Below are positions 54,245 to 64,000 of a stretch of 64,000 bases of DNA, piece after piece; within the stretch, counting starts at the first letter, position 1, and every line of letters starts with the position of its first letter. The notes below the pieces were generated by a model that was not told the origin of the DNA, made no database searches, and saw only the letters and a list, made by a program, of their open reading frames with translations. Source of the stretch: Podarcis erhardii (taxonomy: Eukaryota); the NCBI GenBank assembly GCA_964252035.1, contig OZ176212.1; one strand, given 5' to 3'. A program made the position numbers and the translations under genes.

Positions 54245-54899
54245 CCTACAGGCAAACAAAAAAGAGAAGGGGTACACACATCAATGTTATGGAAATAGCA
54301 GCTGGGCAAACGTTAAGGGCTTTAGTTGACTGAAATACGTATTAAATTGGCTTAAGTTATGTGGATGAAACAGTACTTGAGAGGCAACCCAACGACCTTT
54401 CCTTTGGACCACACGCATGGACCATATTTGAAGAGAATGGCATATAATGCCTCTTCTAAAGCAGCACCTGCTACCAACTATTTCTGTAAGCATTTGTATC
54501 GAAACAAGAATCATTCTTATTAAAGAGAACTGCTGCTTAATCTATCCTGGGCAAACTTTTGCCATTGGGAAGGCAAACTAGCACATTTAAGCAGGGAGGG
54601 TCAAGAAGCAACGTCTCCAGGGTCCCCAGAAAAGGGCAAGCAGAAAAGCTACCCCTACCCAGACCCCGGGGCTCTCTTTTTTGGGGGGTGGGTAATAGAC
54701 AGTGGGGTCCTTTCTAACGGGTCGCAGTGAGGGATGGAAACAGGGAGCCAAGACTCCTGGGTTCTGCTCCAGCAATACGGCAAAACGCATGTTCATCCCT
54801 TTGAGGGCGGGGGCGGCAGATCACAATATCTCCAGACAAACAACGTTAACGGGGGGAGGAGGAAGAAGAAAGGGGGTCAGACACAAACACCTTCCCCCC

Positions 54900-56450
54900 T
54901 CCCCTTCCAAGAAGGGCTCCAGAGGGAGGTGGGAAAGGGTTGCATTACCTGCCAGCGCCTCTCAGTTCTTCCTCCGCCGAAGCCTCCCCACCCCCCTCGG
55001 GGGCCACCACTCGGAACCCTGACCTCTCACCTTTGACCCTCCCCAGGACACTTATGGGCCCCCCTCCTCCTCCTCCAAACAACAACCGCCTCCTCCTCCT
55101 CCCCCCGGAGGCCCCGCCCACTCCCTCTGCCCTCACAAGGCATGAGAGAGGCGCCCGCACGTTTCCCGTTACGAAGATGGCGGAGCTAAAAGAGCGCCGC
55201 GCCCCTCCCTCCCTTTTAAGGGCCTGAGGGGTTTTTTCATGCCCGATTCAAAGATGGAGGCCGGAGAGCGAGGGGCTGGCCCCGCCCGGGGCTACGGAAG
55301 GCGCCTTCTCCTCAGGCAGTCCCTGCCGCGCTCAGGGGGGAGGGGGTTGCTCTCAGGCAAGGGCCGCAGCCGAGAGCGCCCTTCCTAAAAGTGGACCGGG
55401 GGCTTCGAGGCGCTCCGTGCAAGGATGGAGGAGGAGGAGGAGGCTCGGCGCTGCCCCCTTGCGAAAACGGCGCTGCCATTTAACTTCACTCAGGCCTGAA
55501 CGGCCATTAATAACGGGAAAGCCGCCCATCCTTTTTCTCCTTGGGCGCCTTTCAGCTTGGTGCCTTCGGGGCAGAATCTGCACTTCGCGCGGGGAGATTC
55601 CGTTCACGGAGCACTTCCGGTTTGGCCCGGAAGTGGGTGAACCATCGCCAACAGTGTGCGTCGCTCTACCCTTTTCCTATCTCTAGCGTAAATGGCCTTC
55701 GCCTCCTCGATAAAGGCGACGGTAGGAAGCGGTTGCCCCTCCCGCTGTAGTCCTTTGCCCTATATAAAGATGGCGGGTGCGTCCACTTTCCTCTCCTCCC
55801 TCCCTGCTTGTCTTTCATACGCTGTGGCGTTAATTGTTTTTTCTGATTGCGGTTCGGTTCTAAAGTGTTCACACCCCGCATTTAAACATAAAAGCACATT
55901 TCCATTTGGCCCGCCTGAAGGCATGAGCTTTCCTTCCCGTCAGTGTTCGTGGTATAATCCGATTGGTGCACTTTGCCCACAGAGGGGAAAGATCTCAAAG
56001 CCGCGGCTCTCGGCGACCTTGCCCTCTACCAAGATGGCGGCAGAAGCGTCCGCGGACGTGGCGCCCGTAAGCGTTCCTTGCTGAGGCGCTTTCTGCCAGA
56101 AACAAGGATGGCGGCCGGGGTGGGTGGGAAGCGGCCTAACGAAGAGGGTGGAGCAAATGGAGCAGGAAATGATGCTTTGTTTTTCCGGAAGTGGCTGTCA
56201 GGGAGAATGGAGTTAGGGGGCTGCAGGGTGAGGGAGGCCTTCCCCGCAGTGGGGCAGGGCGGGCCAGGCTCCTCGGAGAAGGGGAGGCTTGGGGGGAGGG
56301 TTGGGTTTCCCCTCTCTCGGAGAGCTCACATTTGTCCCCCAGGAGCGGAGCGGGAGGGTCTCTTTCCTCCTCTTGAGCGCAGTGGGAGGTTGGTAGAACA
56401 GGCTCTCTCGTCCCCTCAGCTGGATAAGTTAGTGGGGCGAAGCGGAATCT
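54900..56450. promoter_or_regulatory. CpG island bidirectional promoter AKT1S1/TBC1D17
   Basis: CpG-rich; minus-strand donors at 54949 and 55031; YY1-type AAGATGGCGG x3; ETS sites. The head-to-head arrangement matches human. Confidence 0.8.
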
Positions 56451-59400
56451 GACCCCCTTCCTGGGTGGAAGTTCCTAAAAGGCCCTTGCACTGTCTTCAT
56501 AAATTCGCCCTTCCTCTTACTTTAGTGTTATTGAGGGGGCCATAAAGTATGTTCCAGCAGCCTTAGTTTGAGGCAGGGCTTCCCTTCCCCAGCTGCATTC
56601 TACAGAGGTGGGTGGGGATGCCAGTGAACCTGCTTCCTTTGCTGACCTCCTGTTTTTTTCCTGTCCTCCTTCAGGTTGCATTTGAGAAGGATGGTGTCTA
56701 TTTACACACCAGCGCAAAGCGTCATCCAGACCAGGACTCCCTGATTCCGGGGGTTATCCGCATAATCGAGAAGGTTGGTTGAGGTGGGATACAGGTTGGG
56801 GTTGAAAAAGGGATGAGGGAAGGGTTTTTGCACCCAAGATAGGAAAAAGGTCAGTACATGTGGTGTGGGGTGGTAGAATTTGGTCGGTATAGATTTCAGC
56901 ATTCTGAGTACAGCGGGCTTTGATTTTAAAGACTGTTCCTAGCGCTCGTGATTTCAGAAGTAGGCTTGAAAAACTGTAAGCTGTGCCTGGTGACATTGTG
57001 AAAAGGTGTAGGCAGTACCTGGTGACATCTTGGAATACAGAGTGGGTGTAGGCTTGAACAGATTTTCCACTAATTGGGGATGAGTCACTTTCGTAGGAGA
57101 AGGAAGAGGTATACAGAGGTGGCAATCCTTAGTGCTTAACATAGTTTCTTATTCTTCCCTGAGGCTTGGAGAATCAGTAATGCTATTTGACTTTCCTTAA
57201 ATTTATATCATCTAGGTGATCAAATTCAGATTGCCTTGTTACAGCATCTGGATTATTTTAGTAAAGTGTGTGTACACAGTTATGGATATCTTTTTTATGA
57301 CTCTCTCATGAGACTGTCTTTCTCCTTTTATTCAGGGCTCGGATACTTTGCTACAATGGACACCCATAGAAGAGTCATCAGATGCTGCTCAGATCACATA
57401 TACCAAGAAGGTGAGGCCCTCTTTCTTGCTGGTATAAACTTCTACTGGTATATTAAATCTTCATCACATTGTGTTCTAATAACTTAAGTAATGAAACATC
57501 GTCTAAATAAAACATTATTTAGACTAGTGATTCATTAAAAAGTTTTGCCTGTATTGGGAACTGGTGCTTTAGTTTCCTTGTTCTTTTCATATCGCATTGC
57601 CATAGCCTCTCAAAAATGGTAGATTTTAAAATCGGTTTCTGGGGGAAAGAGCTGTAGGACTGTGGAGCAGCTGCTGGGACTTCCCCACCATTTGAGTTGG
57701 TGTAGTTAGATAGCTGTTCTGGGCTTCATTCCCATTAACCAAGACACAAAGCTGCAAATGTTATTCAGGAATGTGCCTTTACTACTTTATGATTTCCACA
57801 CAGGGGTCTATTCCCTGCTTTCTCCACCCCACCCCCTCTCTAGGAGGATCATGGAGAATGAAGTGATGAGGATATGCCAGTTCCCTGCTGTTCTATTTTC
57901 TAGAAAGGATGCCATCTTTTCCTCCTCTGTTGATCAGAGCCAGTCCTGGAAATGGTAGCACAGAAAAAGTATCCTGTGGTATAGTTAAACCAGCAGAAAT
58001 GTTGGACATTTGAAACTGCTTTATATTGAGTCAAACAACTGGCTCAGGGCTGCCCACTACAATTGGCGGTGGCTCTCCAAAGCATCAGACGGAGATCTTT
58101 CTCAGTCCTCCTGCACTAGATCTCTTTAATTGGAAATGCCAGGGACTGAGACTTTCTATTTGCAAAGTATTACTGATTCTTATGTTTTAAGACAGGAACA
58201 CCCTAGGGAAGCGCTTATATCTTTAGATGCTCATTTATGGTTTTATTCAGGATGCGGAATGATCTTCTATACTGTTTCCCATTCTCTTTACATATAACAG
58301 TGCATTATTTTTTTCCCCTAACAAGGAGGACTGTGTTTAGCGAATCCTGTGAGTTCTCCTTTATTTCTCATCCTAGGAAGTAGCCCCTCCATTGTGATGC
58401 AGAAAGGGAGCAGGGCAATTTCAGGTCTGTTAATGTTCATAAAGACAGGAATGTACTTCTGTTTAAAGAGGAGTCTGTTCTTCCACACCTTCCACACTCA
58501 AATTCCTCTCAGTGAGACCAAGAGTTCAGCGTGTATTCCATTGAATTCTTCATTTGTGTGAGCACCTCCTTGAAGATCATGATGAAAAATAAGGAATTGG
58601 GTAGCTTCTGAAAGCCCTGATCTCTCTTTCCATTTTCCAGGACCCAGTGGGCTGCCAGACCGAAGAAGAAATCTTTGATCCGGGGTATGAACCGGACTGG
58701 GCTGTGATCAGTACAGTGGGGACCCGGGCTCGGGCTCAAGAGGAAACAAATGGTAATCAAAAAGAGGACAGGGATGTTTGCCCCTTGGTATACTTAAGTG
58801 GCATAATACAGGGATTGCTGGTAAAGATGCAACAAGGGATACAGGATGGAGGTAGGGGAGAAGAGGTAGCCGGCAAATGTGGTATATTCTTTTCTGGTTC
58901 TCTTGACATCATTCCTTTTATATTTGTGCTTGGCTTTCCCCTCTCCAGCAGCTTCCGGGCCCAAATCTCCGGTCCCACGTGGTCAGTGGGCCTTCTCCCT
59001 CAGCTTGTCTGAGCTGAAATCCATCCGCAAGAGCAAGCCAGGTTTGGGCTGGTCATACCTCATCTTCATCACCAAAGATGGCATCTCCATTCAAGCCCTG
59101 CATTTCCACCGTGGAGGCACCAAAGCCCTGCTCAAGGCCCTCTGCAAATACGTTATCTTAGCCACGTGAGTGAGGGTGGTGCCGGGTACCTTATTTGTTC
59201 AAAAGATAAAGCGGAGGAAGTAAAGAGAAAGCTCTTAAGTCAGATGTGGAAGGCGCTGCCCGACTAGCCTTCGACTTCTGGGCTGCATTACTGAGGATTG
59301 AGGCAGTCAGTTTGCACGAACTTGGATGTAGGAAGCACTTTCCCCAGCACTGCAAAATAAATAAGAAAAATAATATATACAATATTCAGTTCTGAACTAA

Positions 59401-60760
59401 AAACACCATCACAGTAAATTAGTTGGACTCAGACTGGCATAAAATGTTTTCACAATTGCTTTTTAAAAGCAACAATGATGAGGCCATCCTTAGGAAGGGG
59501 ATGTGATAGGTGCAGAGCCAACACTGAAAAGGCCCTGCCCATGGTGCTCATTCACTCATGGACCTGAAAGGAGGGCCTCTGATTTCGCTAATTTTGCAGC
59601 TTGTCCAGTTGCCAGTGGTCCTTCAGATAACCTAACAGTTTCTGGGAGGCAATAAACTCACTCTGGTTTCTCTTCTCACCTTGCAGCTCCCCCAAAGATT
59701 CCCGCCTCTACTTGGTTTACACACATGATTCGTACGCCCTCTCCCACTCCTTCGATGAGCTTCAACTCTTTGATGACAGCTCTTCCAACCTTGTGTCGGT
59801 GAGGCCCTTCTCCAAAATGCCCTGCAACTGTGACTTAAGTTCTAGTTCAGTGGTTCCCAATTAGCAAAGTACTGCAGACTGTTTTTGAAAAGCCAAGTCA
59901 TGGAACCCCCTACTTCTGAAAATGTTGATATCTCTGTGGTAGTTTTGTTATGTGAATGGCGCCACCATACCCTCCAACATGTCCCAGTGCAAAAAACGGA
60001 GACGCATGTCTTCCAGGCCATGCTCCTGCATGAGTCATGTGACCCGCATGAGAGCACGACTCCCCAAAACAGGATGGATATGTGCCATGGACCTCCTGGT
60101 CGGGGGTCCGCAGACCACTAATTGGGAACCACTGTTCTAGAGGATTAGAATGCAGAGAGGCTGTGTTTGTGTGGCTTGGTTCTGTGGGAGAAATCTAAAG
60201 ACTTGTGGCAGTGGGATTATGTGGGAAGGGACAAAAGCTATAAACAGGGAGACTTGTCTGTTGTAGGTGCTGACACTGGTTAGAGCAGGGAGTTATGGGA
60301 ACATGGGCTCCTGGGTTTCCTTGAATGAATTATATTAGTACAAGTTACAGGTAGGTAGCCTTGTTGGTCTGCCGTAGTTGAAACAATATAAAAAAATTCC
60401 TTCCAGTAGCACCTTAGAGACCAATTAAGTTTGTTATGTAAGTATGAGCTTTAGTGTGCATGCACACTTCTTTAGATACACTGAAACAGAAGTCACCAGA
60501 CCCTTCTATATAGTGAGAGGGTGGGGAGGGGTATTATTCAGAAGGGTGGTGGGAGTGGGTGATTGGCTGATAGGTGTGGCAAACCTGTTGATGACTGTTA
60601 ACGACTGCAATTGGTCTTACAGGAAAAAGCAAGGGGTGAGATGGCTAAAAATAGCTTTATCATGTATAATGAGATAAGAATCCAATGTCTCTATGCAGAC
60701 CAGGTCTCTCCATGGTTTTAAGTTTGGTTTTTTTTTAATATATATATATACATACATACA

Positions 60761-60792
<32 letters not shown>

Positions 60793-62912
60793 CAGAAAGG
60801 CAGTGATGGTAAAAAGTTGGTGTGTGTTTTGTATCTGGAATATTGATTATTGATGCAGAGCTGTGAAACCCAAATTGAATCTTAATTCAGCAAGGCTAGA
60901 ATTGAGCAGCCAGCCAAAGGTGACATGTGGCTTCTTCTTTTTTAAGCCACCTTCTCTTTCCCTAGCGGTTCCTGCAAGATCCTTATGCTGCCACGTTCGG
61001 TGGCTTCTCCAAAGTCACCAACTTCTTCCGTGGGGCTCTGCACCATGAGGACGGCGTCATCCAGCATTCCCATGGCGACCCAGCTGCTGCCAATGTTGAG
61101 GATGAGACAGGCTTTGAAGTTATCACCTGTGTGAGTGTTGGAACAGGTAGCTCCACTGTGGGGCGGTGGAGGGGGAGAGGAATGGCACCCAGTGTTTGTG
61201 TGTGCTTCTCTGTAGGCTGAGATAATCTTTGGCCATCTTCTTTTACTCCCAGCCACCCGCTCACACCTACTTGCTTATGATTGCACCAGAGGTGACTATT
61301 TGGTGGTTGTGGGGGAAGTGTGAGCAAGGAAATGGGGGTGAATGCCAGAGAGATGGAAGGGTGGACATGAGTCCCTGTGCAAGAAAGCCCTTTCCATTGA
61401 GCAAGGACCAAGCAATCCATTCACACAGAGGCCTAAGGAGATTTGCATCATGCTCACCCCAAACCCACCACCATCACACTACAACATTACAAGGCAGGCT
61501 TGGTGGTTGAAGCAGTTAGCCTCGTCTAAATGGTTTGTGCGTGGAGCGAGGCCTCTGTTGACCTCATTCTTCCTTGCAGCAGAATCCAGGGCCTTGAGCT
61601 TCCATGAATATACATGTGACTGACAAGGTAATTCCTGAGGGCTAGAGAACCAAGACTGTGGCTTCAAAAATGCTCTGATATCAACCCATGTGTTCTTGGA
61701 ACCCTCACGTTCTGCAGAAGCTTATCGGGGAATCTAAGGCAAGAGGATCAGTAAGAGTGGGCAAACTTGTAAAAGTAAACTTTCCACTGTTGCTGATCTT
61801 CCTCCACAGCATGCACCAATCTGAAATGCTTTCTGCTTGTCTTCTAGACCAGTTCTTCCCAATTAGCTAAGTGCTGTGGACACCCTGCTTTTCAAAAGCC
61901 AAGCCATGGACCCCCACTTTTGAAAATTCTGATCTCTCTGTGGTAGTTTTTGTTGTGTTATGGTAGTTGTTTTATTATGTGCCATGGACCCCCTGGGTAG
62001 GTTTTGCAGACTCCCTGGGTTCCGTGGATCCCACCATTTAGGAACCACTGGTCTAGACCCAAACGTAGACAGGCACCCTAGAAAGTTTATTCCAATCCTT
62101 GCAGGGATTTTTCAGCAGGCATGCGTCAACATAAAAGAGAGGTCCCCTCTCCCTCACTAGTCACCCCTTTATTGTCTCCATACCCCTTGGGAGGTGTCCT
62201 TCCTTGACACTTCTTTTTAAGTTCCTTCCTCTTTTCTGCCCCGGCAGCAGGCACGGCTAGGAGAGCGTCCGTCTGTCCAGCGGGAGGCTCCTGTCTCGGA
62301 GCAGGAATGGGAGCAGCACTTGGACCCAGATGGGCGTGTGAGGGACCCCGTTGCCTTGCGCAGAAGGATCTTTGCTGGGGTGAGGCCTGTGGGGAGGAGA
62401 GGGCGAGAGGCCCTTGGTTGCAGGGGGAATTGGGGGTCTGTGCAGAAGCACGAGTGGCTGCTTGTCAGGCCAGGGATAAATGCAGCGTGGGGCCGTGTTG
62501 GTTTCCTTCCCAACATCTTAGTGTCGTTCTTTGACACTTGGCCTAATTCACCTTCTCTCCCCCCCCCCCCGCATGCTCCTCTTCCAGGGTCTCAACCTGT
62601 CATCACGCAAAGAAGCCTGGAAATGCCTTTTGGGCTATTACTCATGGGACAACACCAGTGAAGAAAACAAGGCACAAGTGAGGCGGAAAACGTAAGTCTG
62701 GGTCAGGGTTATGGGGAAGCCAAAGGAGTACTGGAACTGGGGTTTGGAAGGAGGTGATCAGTCAGCATTTAAGCCTCTGAACTCTCTTAACAACTTCCTT
62801 CCCACGTGTGTCCACAGGGATGAGTACTTCCGCATGAAACTACAGTGGAAATCGGTCAGCGAGGAACAGGAACAGCGGAACTCCTTGCTACGTGGCTACC
62901 GCAGCCTGATTG
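56207..62912 (+). CDS. TBC1D17: TBC1 domain family member 17 (Rab-GAP), 5' part; continues off the right edge
   Basis: Exons 56207-56227 (MELGGCR), 56675-56773, 57336-57410, 58641-58752 (FDPGYEPDWAVI), 58949-59165, 59687-59798, 60966-61130 (FLQDPYAATFGGFSKVTNFF), 62251-62379, 62588-62691, 62818-62912 (DEYFRMKLQWKSVS). GT-AG, phases consistent. Confidence 0.93.
59848..60134. mobile_element. hAT (Charlie-like) MITE
   Basis: TIR CAGTGGTTCCCAATTAG / CTAATTGGGAACCACTG; flanks TTCTAGTT and TTCTAGAG are a degraded 8-bp TSD with a CTAG core. Confidence 0.8.
60340..60728 (-). mobile_element. Penelope-like element 3' fragment (GIY-YIG C-terminus plus pseudo-LTR with minimal hammerhead)
   Basis: Minus-strand 60728-60660 translates TKLKTMERPGLHRDIGFLSHYT*, the GL.RD.GF..HY terminal motif of Penelope endonucleases; hammerhead-like fold at 60442-60479. 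Confidence 0.8.
60750..60795. repeat. (TA)n(TACA)n microsatellite
   Basis: Directly visible. Confidence 0.9.
61850..62050. mobile_element. hAT MITE, relative of 59848-60134
   Basis: Shared internal AAAAGCCAAG.CATGGA..CCCC.ACTT.TGAAAAT..TGATCTCT; ends CAGTTCTTCCCAATTAG / GGAACCACTG; flanks TTCTAGAC and GTCTAGAC (7/8). Confidence 0.75.
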
Positions 62913-63094
62913 GTCAGTATAAGTTCTGGCTATTGTTCCTCATTTGTTAGGAGTTCAACACCCCTCTTTGTCACAAGAGATATCCTTGCTTCATTTTTGT
63001 TTTTCGTCCTCTTTCCCCTGCCTGACAGCACAGCCTTGTGTGCACACAGCAAGAGGTTGGCGATCATAAAAACACTCTGTGGTAACAAGTGGTC

Positions 63095-63450
63095 TATATG
63101 CAAGAGGCCTGCTGGATCAGTCCAAAGGGCTACCTAGTTTTTTGTCACCCTGTTTCCAGCAGTGGCCGGCCAGATAGATGCATTAAGAGAGCCCACAAGC
63201 AGGAAGCGAAGGCAATAGTTCTCTCTAGCAACAGGAATTCAAGAGGGGGATATACTGCTTCTGAGGATGGATGTTCTCTTTAGCAGTTGTGGCTATTAGC
63301 TGATAAATGAGAGCATTAAAACCCGTGCTCTATGAATCTATCTTCCTTTCAATGCCATCTAAGCCAGCAGCCAGCACCACATCTCGTGGCAGTATAATTC
63401 ATGGATGAATTATGCATTGTGTGAAGAGCCATTTTCTTTTATCCATCCTG
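63095..63450 (-). mobile_element. CR1 LINE 3' fragment
   Basis: GCCTGCTGGATCAG..CTAG..CAGTGGCC..CAGAT motif, as at 3645. Confidence 0.55.
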
Positions 63451-63565
63451 CATCGATTGCCAATCAATTTAAGTGACATTCGCATTCCAGGATTGTGGGA
63501 GGAGGGGGAGAATCTCGCTCTTTTTCTCTCTCTCCCCACAGAATTCATAACTTTATAAACTTCTG

Positions 63566-64000
63566 GGTTTTTTTTTAATAAATATTTATTAAAGTTTTTG
63601 AATAGAATACATAAATAATGAACAACATTACTTATATCATAACATAGTTTCATCACTTCTTTGGACTCCCTCACGTCTCCCGCTCCCACTTACATCGTTA
63701 TAAATTTTTTTCAAGCAAATTATCATCTTGTTTAGAACCTTATTTCCGCTCATTTAAATAAAATCTAGCAGTTCTCCAAAAAATTTATATTTTCCTTAAT
63801 CTCACTTATCGTCAAATTCAAATCTAATTCAGTGGTGGACAGTTATTTATGATCTAGCATCCTTCTTAACATTCAACCAAATTACAATATTTTTGTAGAT
63901 AAATCTTAAATTTCTTCCAGTCTTCTTCAACCCTCTCTTCTCCCAGGTCTCGGATTCTGCCAGTCATCTCGGCCAATTGCATATAGTCCATCAGCTGCAT
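63566..64000 (-). mobile_element. L1-clade LINE 3' end (continues off the right edge)
   Basis: 64000-63866 translates MQLMDYMQLAEMTGRIRDLGEERVEEDWKKFKIYLQKYCNLVEC*, similar to the C-terminus of the 51.2-51.6 kb element; AATAAA plus polyA at ~63568-63591. Confidence 0.75.

Overview
Gene-dense vertebrate genomic DNA. The repeat content (Sauria SINE, Squam3-like SINEs, CR1, L1, Penelope, palindromic MITEs) points to a squamate, probably a lacertid lizard. Six spliced protein-coding genes were reconstructed by hand from GT-AG boundaries with reading-frame continuity. In order: GYS1 (-, first two coding exons, runs off the left edge), PRMT1 (+, complete, 11 coding exons, 369 aa), a POLR2L/RPB10 gene (-, complete, 67 aa), a TSPAN4-like tetraspanin (+, complete, 239 aa), AKT1S1/PRAS40 (-, complete) and TBC1D17 (+, first 10 exons, runs off the right edge). 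GYS1, PRMT1, AKT1S1 and TBC1D17 are human 19q13.33 genes. The head-to-head POLR2L/TSPAN4-like pair between them is the main surprise, because mammals carry that pair on 11p15.5; here it looks like a retained whole-genome-duplication paralogue block (inference). Other leads: two candidate unannotated stop-containing exons in PRMT1 introns, a strand-biased array of 11 CCAAT boxes, facing polyA signals, candidate alternative first exons for AKT1S1 and TBC1D17, and a Penelope-borne minimal hammerhead ribozyme with a mutated core. There is one 160-N assembly gap. No database searches were run; orthology calls rest on recalled human protein sequences.
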